Notes under the pieces: generated by a model
Databases searched by the model: none
Seen by the model: the letters and a program-made list of their open reading frames with translations, nothing else
What the model was told of the DNA's origin: nothing
Origin: a virus
Taxonomy: Duplodnaviria; Caudoviricetes
Direction: 5' to 3' (one strand)
Length of the DNA stretch: 64,000 bases
Virus record (IMG/VR): IMGVR_UViG_3300029928_000009
Span: 1 to 64,000 of that record
Made by a program: the position numbers and the translations under genes
Shown: positions 9,429-17,986 of the stretch, piece after piece
Layout of the letters: every line of letters starts with the position of its first letter
How positions within the stretch are numbered: position 1 is the stretch's first letter

Positions 9429-9822
9429 GATAATTCTTTAAGAATGGGAATAATACATGTAAATTATACTCGAAAGGATCGTGCTCTATCTTTTTCATCG
9501 GAAGATTGGCTAACTTTTGAGGTATACACCTAACCGCAATTGGAGGTTTAAGCCAGAACGCAGCTAAATGAACAAAAATCTGTTGAGGGAACCATATGTT
9601 TCTACCACAAGTTACCATATAGACAATCCCCTTCCTCCATCTACTGGCTTCATTGTTGACAAGTCTTGAAATAAAAGCCCTTGTCTCTTTGGACTCCAAG
9701 TAATCACGAATTGTTAAGTTTTGCCCACGGCTTTCATTCAATTTGTCGAGAAGCTGAGTTGCATTGATAAAGCCATCTTTCGCCCTTTTCTCAACCATAA
9801 AAGTATCTATTGATTCTTTCAT
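9382..9822 (-). CDS. KilA-N domain protein
   Basis: RAKDGFINATQLL...DYLESKETRAFISRL is the KilA-N signature. Confidence 0.75.
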   Translation of the reverse strand: MKESIDTFMVEKRAKDGFINATQLLDKLNESRGQNLTIRDYLESKETRAFISRLVNNEASRWRKGIVYMVTCGRNIWFPQQIFVHLAAFWLKPPIAVRCIPQKLANLPMKKIEHDPFEYNLHVLFPFLKNYHDTRRSTANHSRRIR

Positions 9823-10022
9823 TTCCCTTCCTTATATTTAATCCGGTTATTGGTAACGAGATTAAGAGTGCAGGCTTTCAGTCTCATTTGGTCAGCAAGA
9901 GCCGTATCAAACTCGTACTTCATCGCCCTGCGGACAGTTTGTGTGCTGACACCGAAGATGTCGGACAGCATTTTTATTCCGCCATATCTAAGTTTTAGTT
10001 CTTTTTTCTTGCTTGTTGTCAT
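9819..10022 (-). CDS. Cro-like HTH protein
   Basis: LSDIFGVSTQTVRRA HTH; first gene of the leftward operon, divergent from the repressor. Confidence 0.65.
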   Translation of the reverse strand: MTTSKKKELKLRYGGIKMLSDIFGVSTQTVRRAMKYEFDTALADQMRLKACTLNLVTNNRIKYKEGK

Positions 10023-10096
10023 ATTTATTTCTATATTTGCAAACTATTCAACTTGTGTAACACTTTCCTGTGGGATTGTGTTATATTTAACTGATG

Positions 10097-10152
10097 CAAA
10101 GGTAGTGGAAATTCTACTACTTTCCAAATAAAAGTAGTGGAAAAACTAACTA
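10097..10152. promoter_or_regulatory. Leftward Bacteroidota promoter with two operator-like sites
   Basis: TACCTTTG on - strand (10097-10104); GTAGT-N9-ACTAC at 10102-10120 and a degenerate copy at 10134-10152. Confidence 0.6.
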
Positions 10153-10233
10153 ATGCGGTTGAATTTAAACTATATAAAGTAATTGATACATAAGTTTAGA
10201 TTTACACCTTATTATATTTAGGAGGGACAAAGG

Positions 10234-10692
10234 ATGGCTTACGGAAGGGAGAAAATGAATGAGATTAGGGAGAGAGTGGAGAAAGTTCGTCAGATAAAGG
10301 GACTTTCAAAAAACGCTATGGCTAAAGCTCTTGGGTTTAAACAGGGCGGCTCATTCTGCGTACAGACGGTAAAAGACAGTAGATTGAACATATCGCCGGG
10401 CACACTCTATCGAATAACCAAAGAGTTCGGTGTCAACGAGAAATGGCTCATCGATGGTGTTGGGGATATGTTTTCTGCTCCTCCAGCCGAAGAGATTATG
10501 CAATCGTTTGACAGTGCTTTCAATATTAACGGAAACAACTCGTCAAACGTTACACAGAACGTAAATACGGATTACAAGAGTCTTGAAGTGATGAACAAGC
10601 TATTGATGTCGCAAGTCAAGGAAAAGGACGAAGAGATAGCAAGGCTTAACAAGCGTCTTGACAAGCTGATTGATATGCTGAATAAACAGTAA
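10234..10692 (+). CDS. CI-like XRE HTH repressor (no S24 domain)
   Basis: RVEKVRQIKGLSKNAMAKALG..., FGVNEKWLIDGVGDMF; coiled-coil C-terminus; divergent from the Cro-like gene. Confidence 0.75.
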   Translation: MAYGREKMNEIRERVEKVRQIKGLSKNAMAKALGFKQGGSFCVQTVKDSRLNISPGTLYRITKEFGVNEKWLIDGVGDMFSAPPAEEIMQSFDSAFNINGNNSSNVTQNVNTDYKSLEVMNKLLMSQVKEKDEEIARLNKRLDKLIDMLNKQ

Positions 10693-10719
10693 TCTGTTTA
10701 AACACAAAAACTACTGCTT

Positions 10720-11145
10720 ATGAAGAAAAATTGGGTTGAGAGGATAGATGAGACTGTTCTCGGGAAATTGGAGCGTACGTTGATTTGGAGAATAGCAAGA
10801 GCCGTTATCGGTATTTTACCGTTGTTGGGGACGCTGTTCTTTGCGGTCCATGTTGCATTGCTCGTTAAAGGATATGACTTTGAGCTGGCTTATGTGGCAT
10901 GTAGCTACTCGTTCTCGGGGTTTCTCGCTTGGTTCGTAGTGAGCGTTGCTTTTCAGTTTAACTGGATGCACAGGGCTTTTATTAGCTATAATTACCTTGT
11001 GAGCTTCTGTATCGACTTTCAGCGTGAAGTCGGGTTCGGGAGCTGGCTGATGCCTGCAAGGTGGTTTGTGCTCGCTTTGGGAGTGATTATAATAGCTGAC
11101 TTCATTCGGGAGAACGGATGGAGGAAGATGGGGAAGATAAATTAA
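10720..11145 (+). CDS. Multi-pass membrane protein
   Basis: About 4 hydrophobic helices. Confidence 0.7.
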   Translation: MKKNWVERIDETVLGKLERTLIWRIARAVIGILPLLGTLFFAVHVALLVKGYDFELAYVACSYSFSGFLAWFVVSVAFQFNWMHRAFISYNYLVSFCIDFQREVGFGSWLMPARWFVLALGVIIIADFIRENGWRKMGKIN

Positions 11146-11164
11146 TTAAATTTGTAAGGGAAAT

Positions 11165-11536
11165 ATGAGAAGTTTATTATTTTGTCTGGGGTTTTGTTTA
11201 TTGCTTGTCGCATGTTCAGAAAAGCCTAAGGAAATGACGGAAAAGGAAAAAATTGAGAATGGAATAGTTGGTGATTATGTTTATTTGGATGAAGACGGAA
11301 CTCTGCACGCTGATAGAAATTGCTTTAAAATCGGGGTTCTTGCTTCTGAAATAACGAAATCTTCGGCATTGCGCAGAGTGCCTTTGAATGAGCTAACAAA
11401 AGCTATGCTTAATAAGAGCTGCAACGAGTGCATAAATGATGTGATGTATGAGAATTTGAAGCAGATATGCATAAACAATGGCAATTATGAAGATGAGTAT
11501 GAGACAGATACTATTGCTGTAGACTCTCTTTCGTAA
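11165..11536 (+). CDS. Lipoprotein
   Basis: Signal peptide with lipobox LLVAC; H..RNC and CNEC motifs. Confidence 0.7.
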   Translation: MRSLLFCLGFCLLLVACSEKPKEMTEKEKIENGIVGDYVYLDEDGTLHADRNCFKIGVLASEITKSSALRRVPLNELTKAMLNKSCNECINDVMYENLKQICINNGNYEDEYETDTIAVDSLS

Positions 11537-12111
11537 TGATTATGAAGAACAATATTGGCATTTTAGCTGTTATTTCGTATGTTTTCTTATTGCCATTGCT
11601 AATCATAGGAGAAGTTGCTTCCCTGTTTTTTGAGAATGAAACCTATTCTATAATATGCAGTATAGGGTGTACCGCTTGCTTATTGGGTATAGGTTTATTG
11701 AATAGGCAATATAAATCGCTGTTTGTATTTACAGCTATTATGTTTGCCTTTGTTGTTGTCTCTGCAAAGTTTAATATAACTATATGGGTAGCGTTTGGGT
11801 GGGCGACTTTGGCTTATTCTGTATTGTCGTATTTAAATATAATAATTTATTGGATTAAGAAAATGAATAACATATTTTATAAGGCTTGCACCGTTTGTTT
11901 TTTGTTGATGTTTGGTGCGTATGTTTATGTTGAATATCTGAACGCATTGAATAAACGGTTTTACCTACTGGATAAAGTTGGTTCTATAATGTATGACAAT
12001 TGGACTGGAGGTGTCTATGTTATTCAAGACGGGAAAATGTATTACTTTGATATTGCTAAGGGGAGAGAAAAAGCCATATATAAAGAGGCTGTAAGTGGTA
12101 GCGATAAATAG
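11536..12111 (+). CDS. Multi-pass membrane protein
   Basis: About 5 hydrophobic helices. Confidence 0.7.
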   Translation: MIMKNNIGILAVISYVFLLPLLIIGEVASLFFENETYSIICSIGCTACLLGIGLLNRQYKSLFVFTAIMFAFVVVSAKFNITIWVAFGWATLAYSVLSYLNIIIYWIKKMNNIFYKACTVCFLLMFGAYVYVEYLNALNKRFYLLDKVGSIMYDNWTGGVYVIQDGKMYYFDIAKGREKAIYKEAVSGSDK

Positions 12112-12128
12112 AGATATGGATAAAATAT

Positions 12129-12953
12129 TTAATGCCGTGTCATTTTCTTGAAGTGGTATTCATCGCATATATCGCAGTATGCTCCGTATGCCATATCATC
12201 CGCCATTTCGTTGTACTTGTCCCCATTGTGTCCTTTGACCCAGTGGAAGCGCACACCTTCAACGTGGGCGGAACACTTCTTGAATAGTTCGTAGAGGTCT
12301 TTGTTAATCTGCGGTGCGGTTTTCTTGGATAATACGTAAATGCAATATTTGCTATCCGTGTAAACGTCTACACAGGCATTGTCGGGGCATGAATTTACTG
12401 CACTGATGATTGCAAGCAGTTCCATGCGGTTATTTGTGGTGCTTGGTGAGCCATGGCTCTTCATCTTGACTATTTCGCCATCTTTGATGATTATATAGGC
12501 TGAACCTCCTGCCTTGGATTTTACATTGTCGCAGCTCCCATCTGTATAGCATACGTAGTGTCTGCCGTTTTCGGGATATTCCTCTTCGGCTGTTTCAAGA
12601 CCGAAATACGGCATGTATGTATTGGGGTCTTTTCTCTCCTTACGCTGGATATTGTATTTGCGTAGCAAGATTCCATTGTGTACATTTACAAGCGTTCTCC
12701 AGTCCTTTGCCGGCTTGCCGTTTTTCTTTAGCCACCTACAATCTTCCATGTCGTTCCAAAGGGCGATAATATACTCCTTGTGCTCCCTTACGCTTAATCT
12801 CAGATGCAGTCTGCAATATTTCTTGAACTCGCCAAAAGACGGGTGCTCACCCATGACGTATGCGCACGAGAATAAATCACGCGCGGAATTTTCGAGCTGA
12901 TTTTTTGCGCAAAAATCTGAAAATCGGGCAAAATTATCTAAGGACTCTATCAT
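12129..12953 (-). CDS. rnhA: Ribonuclease HI with about 130-aa N-terminal extension
   Basis: YTDGSC, TNNRMELLA, YTDSKY, WVKGHNG..NEMAD: complete DEDD set. Confidence 0.9.
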   Translation of the reverse strand: MIESLDNFARFSDFCAKNQLENSARDLFSCAYVMGEHPSFGEFKKYCRLHLRLSVREHKEYIIALWNDMEDCRWLKKNGKPAKDWRTLVNVHNGILLRKYNIQRKERKDPNTYMPYFGLETAEEEYPENGRHYVCYTDGSCDNVKSKAGGSAYIIIKDGEIVKMKSHGSPSTTNNRMELLAIISAVNSCPDNACVDVYTDSKYCIYVLSKKTAPQINKDLYELFKKCSAHVEGVRFHWVKGHNGDKYNEMADDMAYGAYCDICDEYHFKKMTRH

Positions 12954-13054
12954 TCTCTTATTCTCTCTTTCTTTTAGTTAAACATTAAGTTAATTATCTA
13001 AGTTAATAAACCTCCTACCTCCCCTTACAATCCCTGCCTGAACCTTAGTTAGTA

Positions 13055-13855
13055 TTATTTTGTCTCCACTGCCTTTTCATGGTAAGATGGAGCCTTAATA
13101 CTACTATCCTTCATCAGATAAACATTGCTCTTTTTAATAAAAGCTCTTCTTGTGCGTGCGCTTTCTATAACAAGAGAACCGTCAGCGCATCGGTAGCTTT
13201 GGGTTCGAGTAATGTCTTTCGGGTTTTTGCTTAAAGTGATAGTGCGGACTATTTTCTTTACTATCTTGCGTTTGGTAAGATTGCCAGTAATCTTTACTGC
13301 CTGATATCTCGTTCCTTTAGTCAAAGTCATTATTGTAGCATACGAACAGCCGAGACGGTCTTCATTGAAGTCTGTTTTCAGCATACGTCCTTCTCTTTTC
13401 CGGGCAGACCGAATTTCATCTACGGTCTTTCCATCTTCTGCCTTATTGTGGGTATTGAAAACATCAGTGATAACTGCTATCTTGTTCTCAACTACAATAC
13501 GTTTGACAAGGAATTTAATTTGTGGCATGAAAAGGTTTGTCAAATCATCCTTGCGCAATAGATATGAATACTCGCTGTTTGAATATAATCTCCTTGCTAT
13601 ATATCTTACTACACCATTCTTATTGCAATCCTTTCTCACGTAGCCAAACTTGATAGCGTCAGCAACAAGTCTTTTGAACTTGTCTTTTTTGAGATGCATA
13701 GTTTCGGCTGCTTTGTTGAGCGAAGTGTAAATAAGGTCAGATGAGCGGAACATCAACTTAATCTTAATAGCAAAACAGAAGGCGTCTAAACGTTTCTTGT
13801 CGCTTAGAGCCTTCTGCGCTTCTATGATTGATATTCTGATTAAGTTGTAGCCCAT
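13055..13855 (-). CDS. Putative replication initiator (winged-helix, basic)
   Basis: Two wHTH-like segments, very basic, own promoter and leader; next to RNase H. Confidence 0.5.
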   Translation of the reverse strand: MGYNLIRISIIEAQKALSDKKRLDAFCFAIKIKLMFRSSDLIYTSLNKAAETMHLKKDKFKRLVADAIKFGYVRKDCNKNGVVRYIARRLYSNSEYSYLLRKDDLTNLFMPQIKFLVKRIVVENKIAVITDVFNTHNKAEDGKTVDEIRSARKREGRMLKTDFNEDRLGCSYATIMTLTKGTRYQAVKITGNLTKRKIVKKIVRTITLSKNPKDITRTQSYRCADGSLVIESARTRRAFIKKSNVYLMKDSSIKAPSYHEKAVETK

Positions 13856-13863
13856 ATTGGATA

Positions 13864-13989
13864 TAAAAGCGAAACTCCCGAAAGTGAATGGGCACTTCCG
13901 AGAGTTTCTATGTTGTCTGGCTTAAGCCAGAAAGGAGGCAAATTCAAATTAAACCTTGTACCCATTTACTTGATTCGTTTGCAAAGGTA
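13864..13989 (-). promoter_or_regulatory. Promoter plus attenuator-like leader of the Rep-like gene
   Basis: TACCTTTG (-) at 13982-13989; hairpin 13871-13908 followed by a T-run; 13958-13969 complementary to hairpin loop 13884-13895. Confidence 0.55.
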
Positions 13990-14130
13990 GTGTAAAATAA
14001 ACTATCATGCAAGTGTAATTTAAACTGTTTAACACTGGGAACCGAACCTTAAATAAGTATAAATGTGATATGTTTGTGTAATATTTTAGATTAAAATACA
14101 CTACCTTTGCAGCGGAAATATACTATTTAA

Positions 14131-14450
14131 ATTAAATACGAATTAAATACAGGCAAGAAAGGAGGATTTTGTAAGTACTTGATATTTAGGAGATAACATT
14201 AATAGGGTTCAACTCCCTGCGGAATCACTTTCGGGGAGTTAAATGCTCCCCTTTTTTGTATCTGATAACCAATAACTAAAAATGTAAAACGCTGAATATC
14301 AAGTAAATAAGTAAAGTTAAAGAGATTGTATGGGTGTATGTAATACGTATCTGATGTGTATCTGTACGTATCTAATGTGTATGAAATATGACACAAAATA
14401 AATACGAATTAAATACACGAAACAAAAAATCGGGAAATGTGTATTTAATT
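14131..14450 (+). mobile_element. attP with tRNA 3'-end core (Arg-like) and arm-type repeats
   Basis: Core TAGGG-TTCAACT-CCCTG-CGGAATC-A at 14203-14227; TAAATACGAATTAAATACA at 14133-14151 and 14399-14417, inverted partial copy at 14440-14450; direct repeat TACGTATCTRATGTGTAT at 14344 and 14366; immediately upstream of the integrase. Confidence 0.75.
14233..14258 (+). terminator. Intrinsic terminator after the tRNA fragment
   Basis: GGGGAG-TTAAATG-CTCCCC followed by a T-run. Confidence 0.7.
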
Positions 14451-14528
14451 TTGCCGTAAACCATTGATTAGAAAATGGTTACGGCTGTGAATGGAGCGTA
14501 TTTAAAAACAATGTTTAACAATTAGCTT

Positions 14529-15668
14529 ATGAAGATAGCGAAAATTAGGCTCGTTTTTGACCGTAGGCATACGGCTTCAAAAGACAAAGAAGGGTCGGTT
14601 GATATTAGGGTAGCCTATGGTGGCAAACAAAAATTTATCTCTACTGGTGTATCGGTATTGCCTACACAATGGGATATTAAGGCGGATTGCGTGAAGTTCC
14701 GTCTTGATGCGGTTGAGCTGAATAACAGATTAAGACAGTTGGTGAATGACTGCCACAAGATGATAGGAGAAATGGCGGAAAGCGGTATCGTGGATTTAGG
14801 TAAGCTGAACCGGGTTACTGATACAAGAGCATCGTCCATGACCTTTATAGATTACATCAAATCAAGAATACCTCAACGGAATGTATCGGAGCACACTCGG
14901 AACAGATACAGGTCATTCATCAAGGCTTTTTCGGAATGGGGGAAGATGATGTACTTCTCGGATATTACGGAGAGTAACGTCCGTGCCTTTGACGAGTGGC
15001 TGCATAGACGTGTGGTCGGTGGCAAGGGTCTTATGCAGAGTACCATTGCATCGTACCACAAATATCTGAAGATTTTCATCAATGACGCAATTACGGATGA
15101 GCTGGCGAGTGAAAATCCGTACCAAAGCAAGAGAATACACATAGACAAGGCGGAGGGCGGTCAGATTGCCTGTCTTACCATTGAACAGGTTGAGAAAATT
15201 GAGCAGCTTGATTTGACTGACGGATATTTACAGAGAACCAGGGATTTGTTTCTTTTCCAGTGTTATACTGGGTTGGCTTACTCGGATTTGATGAAATTCC
15301 GCTTGTCTGACTGCGAGAGGGAAGACGATGGTAGTTATCGGTTGAACGGCAAGAGAACAAAGACGAACACGGATTACACTCTTTATCTGACCGACAAGGC
15401 GGTGGAGATTACTCTTCGGTATGAGGGTCGGTTGCCTGTAATCAGTAATCAAAAGTATAATATGTACCTTAAGGCTCTCGGGCAAATGATTGGTGAACCC
15501 TCCCTTCATTCTCACATGGGGCGGAGTACCTTTGCTTCTACGATGCTCAACAGGGGTGTAAGTACTGACGTGATTAAGCATGCTCTTGGGCACACGACTA
15601 CGCTGCAAACGAACAGGTATGCAACGATGAGAGACAAGACGATTAAGGATGCTTTCAAGAAGATGTAA
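14529..15668 (+). CDS. int: Tyrosine integrase
   Basis: Arm-binding N-terminus, SAM-like domain, FQCYTGLAYSDL, HMGR, LGH.......RY. Confidence 0.93.
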   Translation: MKIAKIRLVFDRRHTASKDKEGSVDIRVAYGGKQKFISTGVSVLPTQWDIKADCVKFRLDAVELNNRLRQLVNDCHKMIGEMAESGIVDLGKLNRVTDTRASSMTFIDYIKSRIPQRNVSEHTRNRYRSFIKAFSEWGKMMYFSDITESNVRAFDEWLHRRVVGGKGLMQSTIASYHKYLKIFINDAITDELASENPYQSKRIHIDKAEGGQIACLTIEQVEKIEQLDLTDGYLQRTRDLFLFQCYTGLAYSDLMKFRLSDCEREDDGSYRLNGKRTKTNTDYTLYLTDKAVEITLRYEGRLPVISNQKYNMYLKALGQMIGEPSLHSHMGRSTFASTMLNRGVSTDVIKHALGHTTTLQTNRYATMRDKTIKDAFKKM

Positions 15669-15760
15669 AAGCTAACAGGAAACGTTACACAAGATGTTGC
15701 GTGTCGGGGATAAATAAAGGCTTGGGCGGTGGTGTGATGTGTAATGTTGGGTGTAAGAAT

Positions 15761-15792
15761 AAAGGGTGTAGCGTTGGTTGACTGCACCCTTT
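15761..15792. terminator. Bidirectional terminator between int and the antirepressors
   Basis: AAAGGGTG...CACCCTTT inverted repeat between convergent genes. Confidence 0.6.
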
Positions 15793-15861
15793 ATTTTAAA
15801 TACGTAAAATCTACGGAATTAAAATTCAGCTCATTCTTAGCAACTTCCGATATAAATTCGG

Positions 15862-16578
15862 TTAGATACTTTTAGCCATATTGGATATAACATCATACAT
15901 TTTACCAAGGAAACCGTTTTCCTCCGCTATGTCAAGCTTATTCTGCTTAGTCTTACGCTTGTATGAATTGATTGATATTCCGTAAGAGTAATAAAGTATT
16001 TCGTAAATTTTGTGCCATACTTCACATTGCCGTGTGTTGGTGGCGGCGGAGTATCTGTTGACAAGCTGTCTTACTTTGTCTCTAAGTTTGACTTCGGGGA
16101 CTTTATTAGTAGAAAGACTTACGGACAAGAGTAGTTTGCCGTTCTCTTCCCTTTCTTTATCCCATGCATCCAACCTGTTTTCGAGTTTGTTCATCCTTTC
16201 CTCCTGTTCTTTTAAGGCGAGAACGCTCTGGTAGAACAATTCGGTTGCGCTCTTTGGCTTTTTTGCTTCTTTCAACCGTTTTTCACATTCAATGAAGTAT
16301 TTCCTTGCGATGCGTCCCTGTTCGTTATTTTCAACCATTGCAAGTTCCTTTGCCATATCAAGGGTTATTGCATATTCCTTTGTCGGTCTACCTCCGTTAG
16401 GGTTTTCCCCAAAATTGGGGAAAACTTCAAAGTCCTCATTTTCAACGAAGCCGTATTTTTCTATCCGGCTTTTTATCCATGTTGAAAAGTCTTTCCCTAC
16501 CATTAAAAACTGATGTAATTCTCTTGCATTTACGACTTGCGTATTGTTGCGCTCTTCAACTTTGATAATTTCTTCCAT
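15862..16578 (-). CDS. AntA/AntB-family antirepressor
   Basis: VNARELHQFL.VGKDFSTWIKSRIEKYGF.ENEDF, ITLDMAKELAMVE, RKYFIECEK. Confidence 0.88.
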   Translation of the reverse strand: MEEIIKVEERNNTQVVNARELHQFLMVGKDFSTWIKSRIEKYGFVENEDFEVFPNFGENPNGGRPTKEYAITLDMAKELAMVENNEQGRIARKYFIECEKRLKEAKKPKSATELFYQSVLALKEQEERMNKLENRLDAWDKEREENGKLLLSVSLSTNKVPEVKLRDKVRQLVNRYSAATNTRQCEVWHKIYEILYYSYGISINSYKRKTKQNKLDIAEENGFLGKMYDVISNMAKSI

Positions 16579-16607
16579 GATTATGTCCTTTAATTATTTC
16601 TTCTATT

Positions 16608-17324
16608 TTACTTGTACAATAATCTGAATGTTTCTTTCCCCTGTGGTGTTATTAGCGTCTGTAATCCCGATTTGTGTTCGTCCCCCCAGTCTTTTAGCTT
16701 GAATAAGACGTTTGCGTGTTGTGAGTAAGGTTTGATTTTCCCTTTCTTGTCTCGGTATATGAACTTATCACGAATAAGAAGTTCTATAAACTGGTTCTGT
16801 TTCAGTCCTATCTGCTTGGCGGTATCACGGAAGTTTGTCAGCGTGTTGCGCTCGACAAGATTGTCGAAATAGTCAGCCTTGGGAGTTTGTTCTGCAAGTA
16901 GTTTCTGTTGCTGCTCTATCTTCTCCTGTTGCTTTGCTGCGAGCATAAGAGCTTGGGCAAAGGTCTGTGGAACTTGTGATGAGTAACTTCCTGTCTTTCG
17001 GATTTTCTTCAATATCTCTTTTACTCCTTTTTTGAACTGCTTCGCTATTGGCTTGCGAGACTGCATGAGAACTTCATAAAGTCCGTCCTCTGTTAGAAAC
17101 CACATTAATTGGCTCCCACCAAGGGTACAAACATTGTTTGTAACCTTTTCGTCATCATCCACATTGCGCATCATGGTTGAGACGTCTGAATGTTCAATCC
17201 ACTCTGCAACGTCTTTTGCTTTGAACAGTGGTTCATCAGCTGAACCGTACACATCAATCTCGTGTCCGAGTAATGTACTTTTACAAATGACTTCGATTGC
17301 TTTGTCTAAACTTACTTCTTTCAT
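16608..17324 (-). CDS. BRO-N/KilAC (ANT) antirepressor
   Basis: EPLFKAKDVA, FLTEDGLYEVLMQSRKPIAKQFK, PQTFAQAL, LITPQGK. Confidence 0.9.
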   Translation of the reverse strand: MKEVSLDKAIEVICKSTLLGHEIDVYGSADEPLFKAKDVAEWIEHSDVSTMMRNVDDDEKVTNNVCTLGGSQLMWFLTEDGLYEVLMQSRKPIAKQFKKGVKEILKKIRKTGSYSSQVPQTFAQALMLAAKQQEKIEQQQKLLAEQTPKADYFDNLVERNTLTNFRDTAKQIGLKQNQFIELLIRDKFIYRDKKGKIKPYSQHANVLFKLKDWGDEHKSGLQTLITPQGKETFRLLYK

Positions 17325-17336
17325 CTTTTACTGGGA

Positions 17337-17453
17337 TAAAAAGCGTCCCTATCTTCGGAGGTAGCAGCTCGTCAGATAGGGACTATATATAATCATTCGC
17401 TTATGATGTCTAATCGGTATGTGTGTTCTGCTACAACTCACGGTGCAAAATTA
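17337..17453 (-). promoter_or_regulatory. Promoter plus attenuator-like leader of the antirepressor genes
   Basis: TAATTTTG (-) at 17446-17453; perfect 10-bp stem 17345-17354/17374-17383 followed by a T-run; loop GTAGCAG 17361-17367 complementary to CTGCTAC 17428-17434. Confidence 0.55.
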
Positions 17454-17498
17454 AGAAATGGATTTATGCGTTTTTCCGTTCACGCAATTTAGGGCAAT

Positions 17499-17525
17499 AA
17501 AAAAGGATGCTTGTTAGGCATCCTT
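17499..17525 (-). terminator. Intrinsic terminator ending the small-gene operon
   Basis: AAGGATGC/GCATCCTT stem with T-run on the - strand. Confidence 0.7.
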
Positions 17526-17585
17526 GTTGAGTTGTCATAAACGTTCAATTTCTTCTTTCTCTATTCAACCTCCATGCTCGGGGAG

Positions 17586-17771
17586 TTATTCTGTTACTAC
17601 TATTATATCATTGCCATCAAATGCGGCAGGACAAACTGCTTGCAATTTGACAAAATTATCATCATCTATCTCACATACATTACCTTCAATACAGGTAATA
17701 TGTATATTGTTTTCATTGATTACTTCTGCAAGTTCGTTCGCAATACCTCCAACAAATTCTATTTTCTTCAT
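17586..17771 (-). CDS. Small acidic hypothetical protein
   Basis: 61-aa ORF in operon. Confidence 0.6.
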   Translation of the reverse strand: MKKIEFVGGIANELAEVINENNIHITCIEGNVCEIDDDNFVKLQAVCPAAFDGNDIIVVTE

Positions 17772-17986
17772 AATTAATTGACTTATCCGTGATGTCGAGG
17801 GCTGAATGATTATATATATTGTAATAACGCAAAATATTGTGATTTATTTTGTGTCGCACATAGATAATGCCATAAGACTAATCCAAAATGCTGCTTTCAG
17901 TATATCTCCGATAAATCTGTCTCTTGCCATGCGGTTGCATCTCCTTGTCATTTTGTCCGTGTCCTTGTTTGGAAACCAAAAACTCA

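Noticed and set aside
14203-14229. Complete tRNA gene at attP
   Set aside because: Only the T-arm and 3' acceptor strand are present; no 5' half
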